Source of the DNA: a virus
Direction: 5' to 3' (one strand)
DNA: 64,000 nt
Virus record (IMG/VR): IMGVR_UViG_3300013751_000152
Position 1 is the stretch's first letter. The number at the start of each line of letters is the position of its first letter. A program made the position numbers and the translations under genes. This document shows, piece by piece, positions 7,330-18,376 of the stretch. The notes under the pieces were generated by a model. It searched no databases, had not been told where the DNA came from, and saw only the letters and a list, made by a program, of their open reading frames with translations.

Positions 7330-8844
7330 TTAAACAGAACTTATAATATATGAATCGTGGCGATCGTTGTCCATCAGATAAGCATACTTCCACCATACAA
7401 GGTAGTCGAAGCAGTCCGACAGGTGGGTAGCGTGTTCCTGCGGAATGGAGGTAGAGCGCTCCGAGCTTTTGTCTTTCTCGAAGGAATCTTCTTTCTGCTT
7501 GAGTCCTGCATTCTCCATGGATACAATTAGGTTGGGGCAGTTGTCCTCATTGATACGGATGAATGGCAGTCCTTTGTTGCTCTCCTCTAAGATTTCGTTA
7601 ATGAGTCGAAACTTGAGGATATGGCTTGGATTGTTCGTGTTGGGTGTCTTGTTATACACCTGCCAGCCTGCTGTACGGAGCATGTCCTCCACATCCTGCG
7701 CCAGAGTGGTTTTGCTGTTGGCTTCACTCTTGAACCCTGAGCGATCGTGGTATAGATAGACCTTATTGCAGGTAGCCTTGTGTGGCTCGTAATAGTCTAT
7801 GATCTTCTTAATAAGGTCTGAGAGCTTCTGCGGGTTCTTGACGAAGAAATCCTTAATGATACTCAGCGTATGGGTGAGCGTGCTCTCTTGGGCGACCACA
7901 GCACAGTTGATACGCCCTCCGAAGTCCAATGATATTTCCAAGGGGATACCCTTAATCAAGTCCGTATCATAGGAACAGCTTGGGGTATAGCTCTGGGTAA
8001 AATCATCTAAGAGGTTCGTAGCATACTTGTACTTGTAGTAGTGCTTATCAGCCAATAGCTGCGGATAGAATCCGTCGGCCACCTTGCGCGGGCGTATGTT
8101 CATGATCTCCGCATTGAAGAGCATATCCGATACCCGTTGCTCGTACATCTCCTGAATCCAATTAGGCTTGAGGTTCTCCTTATTGACCAAGGCGTTGGCT
8201 TTGATAAAACAATGTTCTTGTGGTTTTTGTAGTGCCAGCTTTTCCCGATTGGTGAACCACTCGCCCGTCTTGGTCAGCGCTACCGATGAGGTAAATATCG
8301 TAGCGTTGAGCAGCGAAGCGCGGTCAAACTCTACTTTCTTAGCACGATTTGTGGTCAGTACGTTGTTGAAGAGGCGATCGTGCTCCAAGAGTGCCGCCTC
8401 GTCTCCTATGACCATATAGGAGTTAAGCCCTCGCCCCGAGTTGGGATCGTCCAAGGATACCAGCACAAGGATAAAGCCATTGGAGAAATGCACTACATTG
8501 CTCCACGAGTTGGGTGCTTGGAAAGGCATTGTATACCCTAAGCTCTTGCCGCTTCTGCCTACTACATAATCCACCTCCTCGTATAGGCCGAACATCTCCA
8601 GCCCCTCCTTGGTAGAAGGGAAAGTACGGCTTTTGATCTGCACAAAAGTAGCCCCTACCAGTACCCCCGTCGCTCGTGGCATTTGGCGTACGGCTTCCTT
8701 GACAAACCACCCCAATATAGTCGATTTGCCTGTACCACGCCCCGCCTCGATACAAATATTCTTCACCCGTCCGTACCTATTGGCTTCCACGGCTGCCATC
8801 TGCATGGGGTTTAGGTAGATCTCTTTAACTGGTTTTATTAGCAT
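7330..8844 (-). CDS. terL: Terminase large subunit
   Basis: Walker A GRGTGKS, Walker B IGDEAA, C-terminal RNase H-like nuclease (SLDFG...HLSDCFDY). Confidence 0.9.
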   Translation of the reverse strand: MLIKPVKEIYLNPMQMAAVEANRYGRVKNICIEAGRGTGKSTILGWFVKEAVRQMPRATGVLVGATFVQIKSRTFPSTKEGLEMFGLYEEVDYVVGRSGKSLGYTMPFQAPNSWSNVVHFSNGFILVLVSLDDPNSGRGLNSYMVIGDEAALLEHDRLFNNVLTTNRAKKVEFDRASLLNATIFTSSVALTKTGEWFTNREKLALQKPQEHCFIKANALVNKENLKPNWIQEMYEQRVSDMLFNAEIMNIRPRKVADGFYPQLLADKHYYKYKYATNLLDDFTQSYTPSCSYDTDLIKGIPLEISLDFGGRINCAVVAQESTLTHTLSIIKDFFVKNPQKLSDLIKKIIDYYEPHKATCNKVYLYHDRSGFKSEANSKTTLAQDVEDMLRTAGWQVYNKTPNTNNPSHILKFRLINEILEESNKGLPFIRINEDNCPNLIVSMENAGLKQKEDSFEKDKSSERSTSIPQEHATHLSDCFDYLVWWKYAYLMDNDRHDSYIISSV

Positions 8845-8861
8845 TCTTCACTTTTCACTTT

Positions 8862-9413
8862 TTACTCTTCACTCTCTTCATAGTCTATCTCCTCAGCGGG
8901 GAGTTCGTTGAAGTCCACCACCCCTGTACCGATAGCCTCTCTAAGCATACGCATACCCTTGCGGCTCATCTTGATATGGTACTCATGAGCGGAGATCTTC
9001 TCAAAGTTAATCTCTTTCTCCTCCTTATCGAAGTTGAACAGCGACTTATACGAATCCAGCGCCTTACGCTCCTGCTCCAGATCGCCCTTCTTGAGAGCCT
9101 TTAGGTAGAGTTGCCAGTAGCACTCCGCTAAGATCATGCGCTCGGCCTGTACATCCACTTTGTCCAATTCCCCAAAGATCTGCATTGCCCAATTATAATC
9201 CCTATAGGCAGTGGCTTGGCTCACCTTCATCTCCCGCATGTGTATCTGTATGGCCTGATACTTGGAATACTTATTAGTCATCCTAAGGGCGTGAATATGC
9301 CTAAGTCGCGCCTTAATCTCCTGCTCGGCAGGGGTAAGCTCTATGCTCTCATCAATATGCGAAGCTGAGATACGAGGATAAGTACCCTCTTTGTCGAATT
9401 TCACTAACTCCAT
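8862..9413 (-). CDS. Probable terminase small subunit
   Basis: 183 aa with HTH-like VSQATAYRD, directly upstream of terL. Confidence 0.55.
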   Translation of the reverse strand: MELVKFDKEGTYPRISASHIDESIELTPAEQEIKARLRHIHALRMTNKYSKYQAIQIHMREMKVSQATAYRDYNWAMQIFGELDKVDVQAERMILAECYWQLYLKALKKGDLEQERKALDSYKSLFNFDKEEKEINFEKISAHEYHIKMSRKGMRMLREAIGTGVVDFNELPAEEIDYEESEE

Positions 9414-9428
9414 CTTATCATCATTTAG

Positions 9429-11912
9429 TTATTGGATACTGGCTCTCTGGAACTCCACTACATAGCTGTGTAGGTTCCGTGTGTTATCATAGGATAGAGG
9501 CTTCTGAGAGATAGGAATCACCTTTACCCAATCCGTATCATTAGCCTTAATAAAGCACTGAGGAGACTTGATAAGCTCCCATAGCAGCTCCACCTCCTCG
9601 GGGAATATCCACCCTGTGTTGAGCTTGAAAGTCCTTTTTTCCTTCACCAACGCCTTGAACTCTTCGTCCTTCTCGGCATGCTGTGAGATGGTATTCTCAT
9701 AATTGATGTGCAGCTCTTCTTCTCCAGAAAAAGAGAACCAATCAGGGCAATAATTTTGATTTTGAAAAAGTACCGTAATAGGCTCCCCATTAGGCTCAGG
9801 CTTAGGTTCCAAGGAAAGTGTGCTCTTCTTGATAATCGTATTCTTTCCGAAAAAGCGGTTGGCATTTTTTCTATAAAAACAAAGATTAGCCACCCCGTAA
9901 TCGTCCACCAATCCAGAAGAATCAACGCTATTAGAAGCAATTTTCCCAAGGTCGTTCCTCTTAAAAGCCTTAGTAAGAGCACTTACCGAGATTAGCGAAT
10001 CGGTATAGGTAGAGCGTAACCCTACATTAGTCAGGTAAGGGTAGGAGAGAGGTGTCCTACCAGGGAGGTATCGCAGGGAAGATAACTTGTGAGTCTTGAA
10101 CTCCTCCCCCTTGAAGTTGGTTTCCACGATCGTAACATTTACCTCAGTAGCTTTCATCACCTCCACAGGGAGTGCCGTGTTTTCGTTATTGATATATAGC
10201 CTTTTCAGATCAGGCAAGTTTTCGAAGAAATCCTGAATTTCTTCCCCAAGGTCGATCTTGGCCATGTTGTTAAAGAACACATACTCATACTCCTGAGTGG
10301 TGGTCACCCTTCGGCCATATCCTGAGAAATTCATCACCAGCTTAGCGCGGGCAAATTCCGAATTTTCATTCGTCTGTGCTATTGTAAGAATATCCTTATC
10401 CAAACAGAAGTATATATCCTTCTGTTCGAAATCCAGATTAGTCTTGATGGTGAGGTCTACCGTAACAATTTGCGTGGAGTCCCTGTTGCTCTTGACCGTA
10501 ATATATTCCTCCTGAAGCCCGAGAGGGAAAGTCTCAGCACTCTTGGAGCGGAACTTAACCAAAACAAAGGGTTCTCCATTGTGCTTCACTTCCACGATCT
10601 CCAACCCAGCCGAAGGGGTGATCGTATAGGTAAGCCTATTGGCATTTTTAATAAGGAAAGAGTTCTCATACCTTTCTCTTTTTTCACGATACAAAGTCGC
10701 TTCATAATGTTTTTTGTCGAATGAAAAAGAAGTAAGGTCATTAATAACATTCAGCCTTATGGAGAATACCCGCTGAAAAAGCCAGTTATCCTCCTTGACG
10801 ATCACCTGATCATGGCTAAAGTCGAAGCCCTGAACTACCCCTGTACGCTTGTAGTTCTCCGATAGAGAGAACTTAGCCCATGCCCACAGATCATCGTTAT
10901 CCACTTCTACCTTGAAGAGTCCATCATTTTCAAAAGTATATGGCCTTTGCCAATGAGAGGCACCCTCACTATCATGCACTACCCCTCCGAACTTTTGGTG
11001 TAGAACCAAAAAACTATTGATATTACGTATAAAGTGTGCTACTTGTAATAGTTCTCCAGTCTCCGCCATCGGTTCGACAAAGAGCTCCCGAGTGGCATTG
11101 TTCAGGGTCATATTGACCACTGGTGGTGTATAGGTATCCTTAGAACCTCCCCCGCTGCTGCTTCCTCCTCCGATACCTTCTCTCTTTAGGGTAATGGGCA
11201 CCTCCCTTTTCTCCAACTCTATGTTGTTTCCATTATTAACAGCATAAGCTGTAAAGGTAAGGGTGAGCTTTGTCTCTCCCTGTGGGAGCTGGGAGAAGTT
11301 TTTATACCGCAGCAAATATTCTAATCCACGCCCACGAATACGCGTCGTCCCTGCATAAAGAATACGATCGAAGTAAGAAGGTTTTATATTTCTTAGGTCC
11401 TGATTCCCGGCATATATCTCCACAAATTCATTGGGGGTAATAGAGATGCTAAAGATATATTTATCTTTTTCCCACTCTTCCGCATATCTTTTCCACTCTT
11501 GGTATATTTCATCGTCACTTAGGGGCTCATAGACAGGTACATCTTTAAATTCCCAATGATCTAAAACTCCATTTCCTTTTACCCATTTTTTTTGTGTCTT
11601 ATTGGTTTTCTTGCTGGGTTGGTATTTTTCCTCTGCTTTTCTTTTCTTTAGGTACTCTTCCCAAGGAACAAATAACTCTGTTTTACCTGAGTATCCCTTG
11701 AACTCAGGCAGGAGGAAGAGTTCAGGAAATATAACAGACATTCGGTCATTATTAGGGATAGGCTCTCCTGTTTTCCAAGTCTTGTAGATAGGGTTCTGAG
11801 AGAAGTCCCACTCCATGATCTCTTCTTCTTTTTCGAAATTAGCAACTGTGGGTTTTTCCTCGTTAAATGGGTACCATATATGATAACTTCTTGCGATATA
11901 TTTACGTGCCAT
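9429..11912 (-). CDS. Large virion/tail protein
   Basis: 827 aa, beta-rich, Gly/Ser linker, in structural operon. Confidence 0.55.
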   Translation of the reverse strand: MARKYIARSYHIWYPFNEEKPTVANFEKEEEIMEWDFSQNPIYKTWKTGEPIPNNDRMSVIFPELFLLPEFKGYSGKTELFVPWEEYLKKRKAEEKYQPSKKTNKTQKKWVKGNGVLDHWEFKDVPVYEPLSDDEIYQEWKRYAEEWEKDKYIFSISITPNEFVEIYAGNQDLRNIKPSYFDRILYAGTTRIRGRGLEYLLRYKNFSQLPQGETKLTLTFTAYAVNNGNNIELEKREVPITLKREGIGGGSSSGGGSKDTYTPPVVNMTLNNATRELFVEPMAETGELLQVAHFIRNINSFLVLHQKFGGVVHDSEGASHWQRPYTFENDGLFKVEVDNDDLWAWAKFSLSENYKRTGVVQGFDFSHDQVIVKEDNWLFQRVFSIRLNVINDLTSFSFDKKHYEATLYREKRERYENSFLIKNANRLTYTITPSAGLEIVEVKHNGEPFVLVKFRSKSAETFPLGLQEEYITVKSNRDSTQIVTVDLTIKTNLDFEQKDIYFCLDKDILTIAQTNENSEFARAKLVMNFSGYGRRVTTTQEYEYVFFNNMAKIDLGEEIQDFFENLPDLKRLYINNENTALPVEVMKATEVNVTIVETNFKGEEFKTHKLSSLRYLPGRTPLSYPYLTNVGLRSTYTDSLISVSALTKAFKRNDLGKIASNSVDSSGLVDDYGVANLCFYRKNANRFFGKNTIIKKSTLSLEPKPEPNGEPITVLFQNQNYCPDWFSFSGEEELHINYENTISQHAEKDEEFKALVKEKRTFKLNTGWIFPEEVELLWELIKSPQCFIKANDTDWVKVIPISQKPLSYDNTRNLHSYVVEFQRASIQ

Positions 11913-11916
11913 ATTA

Positions 11917-12375
11917 TTATTTTTCTAATTGTTGTTTGATAAAGATAAGGAGTTCTTCTCCGCGCTGCTTAGGGAGTTCCTCAGCCAAGTAGGCGACAGC
12001 CTCGCTGGCTTCTATTGCCTCATCAATAAATGGTTTTTCCTTCATTCCTTTAGAATATAAGTGAGCCCTGAAAAAGTAGGTCGTTTGCTTGGGCTTCTCA
12101 CGGGTGCGGGTGCCTCCAGCCCTTACGCGGGAGGCTTCTATCCCGTAATGTTGGATAAAGCCATGCCGTGGCATCTTGATAGCAATTCCTTTCAGATACG
12201 CCTGCTTAGTGCCGTCAGCCCGCTTGGAATAGCGCATGCGCGCTACTGCGGTAGCAGCCTGTAGGGACGCTTTCCCTCCTGAGAGATGGCCACCAAAGCG
12301 GGTAGAGACTTCCCCTTGTAAACTGCCCCTGAGCAAGATAGCAGCTTTTTTCCCTATTTCTTTTTCACTTTCCAT
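11917..12375 (-). CDS. Basic tail-completion-like protein (HK97 gp10-like)
   Basis: HGFIQHYG...KPFIDEAI motifs; TAATG coupling to upstream gene. Confidence 0.5.
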   Translation of the reverse strand: MESEKEIGKKAAILLRGSLQGEVSTRFGGHLSGGKASLQAATAVARMRYSKRADGTKQAYLKGIAIKMPRHGFIQHYGIEASRVRAGGTRTREKPKQTTYFFRAHLYSKGMKEKPFIDEAIEASEAVAYLAEELPKQRGEELLIFIKQQLEK

Positions 12376-14156
12376 TATACATTGATTAGAGTGATTTCTA
12401 CTTGGTAACATTCGCGGCTAAGAGTGTTCTTGGTGATGGACTTGATAAAAAATCGCTGGCCATACACATACAGCGTATCCCTTAGAGCAAACTCCCGTAT
12501 TTGATTCTTATTGGCTATAAAGCTCCATGAAAGCTCATAGGAGGATAGGCGCATTTTGTACCATTCTTCCCAGTACTTGGTCACCTTTGGGGGCAGGAGC
12601 TCCTCTCTGGTCTCGCCCTCATTCTTGTTGCCATACCGCAAGCCATCATACCAGATAAGCCCTAATACATTACCTCCGTTCTTTCGTGGAATACAGGAAT
12701 GCTCTCCCCTATAGAGTACCTTAGGCAGACAGTAGCCCTCAATATTTACCTGAGTGCTTCCCTGTTGTTCCCCTTGTGAGAGTTGCATGCCATTTTCGTC
12801 GATCAGTACCGCAGGATAGTTGAACTTAGCCTCGTCCATATCCGGAAACTTAATAAGGTAAGATTCCTTGGTAGTGAGTGTCTTCTTAGGATCCTTGATG
12901 GCAAAGGGACGAAAGTCCTTCATCTGTAGGCGATTCTCTGTGTGGATACGATTCATAAAGATCTTGTCTCCCTGAATCTCCAGATCGTAATTCTTCCAGT
13001 TCTTAATAGTCTTGACCAAGTCTCCGAAGGTAATATCAGGGACAGCCCGCTTGAGGTCTACCTCATTGTTGTTAATCACCTGTTCAATCACATTCCCCTG
13101 AGCGTCATGCTGGGCAATGATATTCAGGTATAGCTCAATGGGGCTATTCCAAGCCCCCTCGAACTCACAACGGAGCTGATGGGCGCCCCCTGTCTCGATG
13201 GCAATTACCTGAGTAAAGCTCAAGGTACTTTGGCGCTCACTGATAGCCCCCTCGCGAATTACCACACCATCCAGCCTTACCCGATAGATAAAAGGCTCTC
13301 CATGGGTTAGTATATGAGCATTGTTACAGACCAAGCGCCACTTCCCGACCTTGTCCAAGGTAGTCTCGGATTGGTACTTTCCAAATACTACTCCGCTCAC
13401 TTCGCGCTGCTGGGTAAGGCTATCCCTTTGCGGGGTCATATTGACCTCTTGCTGCTCTGAAGTCTTGTAATATTCCTTGCCCGAGTATATCACCTGCTGG
13501 AGGAAGTCCTCATCGGTGAGAATATCTCCGGCAAGTGTATATCCCGCATCGGCAAAACCTTTCTTGAGGACATAGAGTAGGTAAGGCATAGGGTGAATGA
13601 TATTGCGGACTACCCTATTGCCAGAATCCTCACTATTATTGATAAAAGCCCCATTACGAGTGTGGTTCAAGAATCCTTCGAATGCTTCCCAGCCACTCTG
13701 GCTGTTATCCTTGTTATAGACCACGCGTGGAAAATTATAATCCACCTCTGGGTATCTCTTCCTACAGACTACATTGGCATGCTCATAGATATTGTCTATA
13801 GCTACCTTGGCCAGCGGTAAGTCACATAGCTTCTTTTCAAAATTCGGCAACTGCTCGAAGCCTGATTCTATTTGCCCCTGTACCAGCTCTCCTTCTATGG
13901 ATAGAATTTCCAAAGTTCCCTTTCTGGCTCTTCCATCCATCACATGGTAGCCCTCATGCTTCTTCTTTAGCCGCAGGGCATTGATAGCCGTATAATTACC
14001 CATCTTGATCCTCAGATCTGCATTCATATAGAACTCAAATGGGAGGGAGAATTGAGTAAAGAAAGTATCCTTGAACCGCGGATTTTCTTCCTGATAGGAG
14101 ATGGATATCCGGCTCAAGTCCAGTTCAAATGTATCTGTTACAAAGAGATCTCTCAT
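12375..14156 (-). CDS. Tail/baseplate protein
   Basis: 593 aa; ENPRF...FSLPF N-terminus and distal hub-like C-terminus. Confidence 0.55.
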   Translation of the reverse strand: MRDLFVTDTFELDLSRISISYQEENPRFKDTFFTQFSLPFEFYMNADLRIKMGNYTAINALRLKKKHEGYHVMDGRARKGTLEILSIEGELVQGQIESGFEQLPNFEKKLCDLPLAKVAIDNIYEHANVVCRKRYPEVDYNFPRVVYNKDNSQSGWEAFEGFLNHTRNGAFINNSEDSGNRVVRNIIHPMPYLLYVLKKGFADAGYTLAGDILTDEDFLQQVIYSGKEYYKTSEQQEVNMTPQRDSLTQQREVSGVVFGKYQSETTLDKVGKWRLVCNNAHILTHGEPFIYRVRLDGVVIREGAISERQSTLSFTQVIAIETGGAHQLRCEFEGAWNSPIELYLNIIAQHDAQGNVIEQVINNNEVDLKRAVPDITFGDLVKTIKNWKNYDLEIQGDKIFMNRIHTENRLQMKDFRPFAIKDPKKTLTTKESYLIKFPDMDEAKFNYPAVLIDENGMQLSQGEQQGSTQVNIEGYCLPKVLYRGEHSCIPRKNGGNVLGLIWYDGLRYGNKNEGETREELLPPKVTKYWEEWYKMRLSSYELSWSFIANKNQIREFALRDTLYVYGQRFFIKSITKNTLSRECYQVEITLINV

Positions 14157-14899
14157 GTGCGCTTACTTCTGAGAATAGATTCGTTCAATATTTCTAAAAA
14201 ATCGTACAAACGCGTTGCGCTGCACTCATGCCAATTGCCCAAGGGTTGGGTGCTGTCCATCGCCATGGCCGCTATTACCTTGGAGAAGGGCGTATAATCC
14301 CCCTGCCTCCTGAATATAGGAGTATCCTCCCTATAAGAGGCTTTAGGAAATACAGCAGGATAGCGCTCTATGATGTACTCCCTGGTACATCGATAGGCAA
14401 AAACAATCGCAGCCCGCGTGCCAGGGGAAATGCTATCGGTTACCTCCGCAATCTTAGGGAGTAGCAAGGGGTCAAACTCACTTGCGCCCCAGCAGTAGAG
14501 ACTTGCCACCAGCTGGCGTGCATACAATTCCTCGCGCTTCTTGCTGTATTGGTAAAAAAGCATGTCCGCTACGGAAAATTGTCGAATGGTACAATTACTC
14601 AATCGAGGCAGGGGAGTGGTGAACCCATCCCAGATCTCAGGAAAGGAGAACAAGTCCCTATCGGTGAGCAGGAACTTTCCCAAGGGGAGGAGCTGCTCGA
14701 TAGAGATTTCTGAGAGCAGCCGATGTAATCGCTTTTTGTTTTTCCTTGAAGGATTCCCCATCAGCAGGATCAGCACCATCTCCCGATATAGCTCCTGAAA
14801 GTCACGCCGATCATCCTCCATACGTAGGCAGACTTCTTCTCGTTGCCAAGGGCTGAGCTCTGAGTAACTCCCTGCACAGTGAAACTCTATCCTATCCAT
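14153..14899 (-). CDS. Conserved phage hypothetical protein (possible tail assembly factor)
   Basis: 248-aa ORF translationally coupled within late operon. Confidence 0.55.
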   Translation of the reverse strand: MDRIEFHCAGSYSELSPWQREEVCLRMEDDRRDFQELYREMVLILLMGNPSRKNKKRLHRLLSEISIEQLLPLGKFLLTDRDLFSFPEIWDGFTTPLPRLSNCTIRQFSVADMLFYQYSKKREELYARQLVASLYCWGASEFDPLLLPKIAEVTDSISPGTRAAIVFAYRCTREYIIERYPAVFPKASYREDTPIFRRQGDYTPFSKVIAAMAMDSTQPLGNWHECSATRLYDFLEILNESILRSKRT

Positions 14900-15423
14900 C
14901 TTCTTACTATTCTATAGCCCAACCATAAGACCACCACCAACAATAAGCCCTCTACCCACCAAGCAAGTCCCCATCTTTGGCGAAGTGTTTCTCGCTCCAT
15001 AGTATGAGAAGTAAGTACCTCCTTTCTCTTTTGAGAGAAATGTCCTTCACTTCTTCGCTGTTCCCTACGGACTACCTGCCTTGCTTGCTGCGCTTGCTCC
15101 TGCTTTACCCTTAGGGTAGCTTTTCCCCCCTTGACCTTGAGCACCTCGATATGAGAGACCTCCCCATCGAGCCTCTTTACTATGCGTCTTTCTCGCTGCA
15201 CCTCTATACTGTCCTTATCATTTTCAAGAGAGAGCTCGTAAGATTGCGAATGTTGGAGGTCAAAAGTAGCGACTTCCTGATGAGACTCTACCTGAGAGAG
15301 GCTGTCTTTTTCTTCCCTTCTTTCGATTTGCTGCTCTTCTCTGTGCTCGGTTCGGCTTGATTTCTTGCTCCTGCACCCTAATAGCACCATAAGAGCTAAT
15401 AGTAAATACAATTTCTTTCTCAT
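14887..15423 (-). CDS. Lipoprotein, probable unimolecular spanin
   Basis: Lipobox LLGC plus C-terminal TM helix, directly after endolysin. Confidence 0.7.
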   Translation of the reverse strand: MRKKLYLLLALMVLLGCRSKKSSRTEHREEQQIERREEKDSLSQVESHQEVATFDLQHSQSYELSLENDKDSIEVQRERRIVKRLDGEVSHIEVLKVKGGKATLRVKQEQAQQARQVVRREQRRSEGHFSQKRKEVLTSHTMERETLRQRWGLAWWVEGLLLVVVLWLGYRIVRRWIG

Positions 15424-15432
15424 TGGTAATTT

Positions 15433-15933
15433 TCATTGGTCATTCTTCTCAATTGTTCTTATCACCCCCTTGAGCCGTTCGGCATACGTAGGCTCGGTAG
15501 CATAGCCTGCCTTTGCGACTTCCTCGGCAAACTTGTACGGGTCACTCTTTACCAGTAGTGCCTTGGCATATCGCTTGTTGTTCATGAATAGGTTGGCGTG
15601 ATCAGTGAAACTCTCCTCTGGGCTGTCATACTTGCGGAACCAGTCCTTAACCTCGTACAGATACTTGCCATCCGCTCGCTTGGTGATCCTGATTATCTCA
15701 GGGAAAGATACATTAGGAGAGGATAGCACCTCTTTTGTGACTACTAATTGCCGTTTCTCAGGAGGCGTGCCCGCTTTGGCTTTCACGCCAAACATATTAT
15801 TATCAGGGATACTCTTAGCCCAACCTGTCTCCAAAGCTGACTGAGCCAGTATAAATAGTGCCGATATACCCGTCTTTCTCTCCGTCTCAAGCGCAAATGT
15901 CTTGTATTTTTTTATAAATTCTTTTGGTGTCAT
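15433..15933 (-). CDS. Endolysin, glucosaminidase (GH73)
   Basis: AQSALETGW, NNMFGVKA, FRKYDS, GYATEPTY motifs. Confidence 0.92.
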   Translation of the reverse strand: MTPKEFIKKYKTFALETERKTGISALFILAQSALETGWAKSIPDNNMFGVKAKAGTPPEKRQLVVTKEVLSSPNVSFPEIIRITKRADGKYLYEVKDWFRKYDSPEESFTDHANLFMNNKRYAKALLVKSDPYKFAEEVAKAGYATEPTYAERLKGVIRTIEKNDQ

Positions 15934-15940
15934 AGGTTTT

Positions 15941-16477
15941 TTAATTTAGTTCTAAAACAATTTCTTTTCCTAATAGGCTACTTATTGTAATCAATTCGTT
16001 GTTATCTTCGAAACGTAATGGTACATTAAGTCCTGAAGCTATGGCAATTTGTAATGATTCATTATCAAAGTGAATTCCAGACCTTAATGATTCTTCTTTA
16101 ATCTTTCTTCCTGATATATATCCTCCCGGCCATTTTTCAAACATATTAAAAAAAAGCCACCGATTAGCGTCAGAAACACTTACTAATGCAATATTAACTA
16201 ATGTCCTGTTATCTTTAATAGGAGCTTTTATAAAAACATTCCAAATAAAATCGTTACCTTCTTGATACATTTCTGTTTTTTTAGATCTTATGATATTGCT
16301 CACATTCTCTGTATTGTTATATATAGAATACTGAACCTTGCTTTCGAATATCTGTAAAGGAATGTGCCCAATAAATTTACGTCCTTCTGTTAGAGCGAAA
16401 AAGTTTTTTAGTCTAACCTTACAATAAAGAATATCTCTTTTTCCCCCTCCCCAATCAAAATATTGTATCGCATTCAT
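15941..16477 (-). CDS. AT-rich hypothetical protein following tail fibre
   Basis: 178-aa ORF starting MNAIQYFDWGG. Confidence 0.6.
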   Translation of the reverse strand: MNAIQYFDWGGGKRDILYCKVRLKNFFALTEGRKFIGHIPLQIFESKVQYSIYNNTENVSNIIRSKKTEMYQEGNDFIWNVFIKAPIKDNRTLVNIALVSVSDANRWLFFNMFEKWPGGYISGRKIKEESLRSGIHFDNESLQIAIASGLNVPLRFEDNNELITISSLLGKEIVLELN

Positions 16478-16737
16478 CTGTTTATGTTTTTAATTATAGG
16501 ATAAGGCACGAAGCTCGCCACTATATCCCACCAATCTATGAATGTACCCTTGTAATACTTGTCATATAGCTCCTTACATAGCCCAATACTCCCTAATATG
16601 ATAGCGGCTATAAGTAAGGATTTCCCCACGGATAGGAATAACACAGCTACTAAGAATATGCCTACAAATATCATATTCCCATACTTACTGTGTAGGATCT
16701 TGTCGCTACCCTTGAGTTTGTTAATTACTTCCATCAT
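16474..16737 (-). CDS. Small membrane protein (DKxLH...KELYD...DWWD, VanZ-like)
   Basis: 87 aa, two TM segments. Confidence 0.6.
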   Translation of the reverse strand: MMEVINKLKGSDKILHSKYGNMIFVGIFLVAVLFLSVGKSLLIAAIILGSIGLCKELYDKYYKGTFIDWWDIVASFVPYPIIKNINR

Positions 16738-18374
16738 ATATTTCTTATATCTATGTAAATTCTATTTATATCAGCGCTCATATCTAATACAGCAGTGCTA
16801 CCATTATTACCATTGAATACTGTATCACCAGTATATTTTAGAGTACCTCCACCATGAAAAGTTATTTTACCTCCATCATAAACCTTTCTAAAACAAATAG
16901 TAGACAACAAAGGCATACTATTATAGTTTATTGCACAATCTCTGTTTATATGAACCGTTTTATTAATAGTTTCATTAGTTACATTAAAAGTAGGAGCATC
17001 GACATATATTGTCTTTTGTTCTAATATATCTTCAGGAGCAGGTGACCAATCTTCTATTTGAGTACCTCTATATAATTTAAAATCTTTGACAACTACATTA
17101 CTTTCTTTTTCAGTTAGCCAAACGAATAAATTTTTATTTGATATATCTAATAGCTTCACATACACACTATATCTTTTATATTTATCACCTTTAACTTCAA
17201 CAAATCTTTGTCCGGGAACTGTTGAATTATCACCATAAGATTCTATATGAAGTAAGCTTTTAGTGTTTGGTAATACTGTTCTTGCATCAAAACTAAGCAT
17301 ACATAACTCATCTTTTTGGAGCTTCTCCATAAGACCACTTATTACTGTTGATGAAGTATTGCTAATATTTATTTCTCCTATTGAACCAGTATTTAAAGCA
17401 AGATTTCTTCCACCAATTTTTACATTATCATTCTTAAGTTCTGAAAGATTTATATCTCCACCACCACCTAAAAGTACTTTATCGTTTGAAGAGTTTTTCT
17501 TTATAATACTATTAGCTGTTATATCACCATTTACAGTACCTCCTGTTGTAGGCAAATAGTTAAAATCCGGCTTTCCATCTATATCGTCCCAGTTGTGTCT
17601 GTGAGAGGCGGGGGCAAAATTCAAATTGGGCTTATCTGCTAAATCATTGTAGGAAAGAGCATTCTCGAAAATAACATTATTTCCGGCCATGAGCTTAATC
17701 TTCCCATTCTGCACCACGATCCCATCAGGAATATTGCTGACAAAGTGGCTCACGGGGATACTGGTAAGGAGGTTATTGCGCTTGTCTCTCAGCTCCAAGG
17801 TTTTCTCAGGCTTGTTGTACACCAACTTCGTCCCCTCGTCGTCCAAGAACATTAGGGAGATACGCCTTACTACATTACTTCCCTTCTTGAATCGTAACTC
17901 TGTGGTATTCTCGTCCAGCTCTATATCGTAATCTTCCAGGGTGTCCAGCTTCTGCTTGTAGGCATTGGTAAAGTCATTCGTGGATAGCCCTTTCCCTGCT
18001 TCCTTATCTACCTTGCCGTCAATGAGTGCTTTCAGATCCGCTGCTGTGCCTACATAGTTGCCGCTTTGGAGCGCTCCCAAGAGTAGTTCTCGCTCGCGCT
18101 GGGTCATGATCACCGGTCTGTTGGTATTGAAGGTTAAGCGCTGTAGTGCCTGCTGGGCTGCATCGGCATTGTCATATACAACTCCATTGATCTCTACTTC
18201 ACTGACCAAGGCGTCCAAGATAGAGAAGTTCATATCCTCCGCGCTGTGTAGGATCAGTCGCTCTCCGTCCACACGTGCTACGAAGTTTTTAAGTGCTAAA
18301 ATACCGTTGTACTCAAAGAGGTATTCCTGCAATTCGCCTGTGTCAGGCCTTACTTTATACTTAGGTGTTGGCAT
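16734..18374 (-). CDS. Tail fibre / receptor-binding protein
   Basis: KVDKEAGKGLSTNDFT, HRHNWDDIDGKP, LPTTGGTVNG, GGRNLALNT, DWSPAPED motifs. Confidence 0.8.
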   Translation of the reverse strand: MPTPKYKVRPDTGELQEYLFEYNGILALKNFVARVDGERLILHSAEDMNFSILDALVSEVEINGVVYDNADAAQQALQRLTFNTNRPVIMTQRERELLLGALQSGNYVGTAADLKALIDGKVDKEAGKGLSTNDFTNAYKQKLDTLEDYDIELDENTTELRFKKGSNVVRRISLMFLDDEGTKLVYNKPEKTLELRDKRNNLLTSIPVSHFVSNIPDGIVVQNGKIKLMAGNNVIFENALSYNDLADKPNLNFAPASHRHNWDDIDGKPDFNYLPTTGGTVNGDITANSIIKKNSSNDKVLLGGGGDINLSELKNDNVKIGGRNLALNTGSIGEINISNTSSTVISGLMEKLQKDELCMLSFDARTVLPNTKSLLHIESYGDNSTVPGQRFVEVKGDKYKRYSVYVKLLDISNKNLFVWLTEKESNVVVKDFKLYRGTQIEDWSPAPEDILEQKTIYVDAPTFNVTNETINKTVHINRDCAINYNSMPLLSTICFRKVYDGGKITFHGGGTLKYTGDTVFNGNNGSTAVLDMSADINRIYIDIRNI

Positions 18375-18376
18375 GG

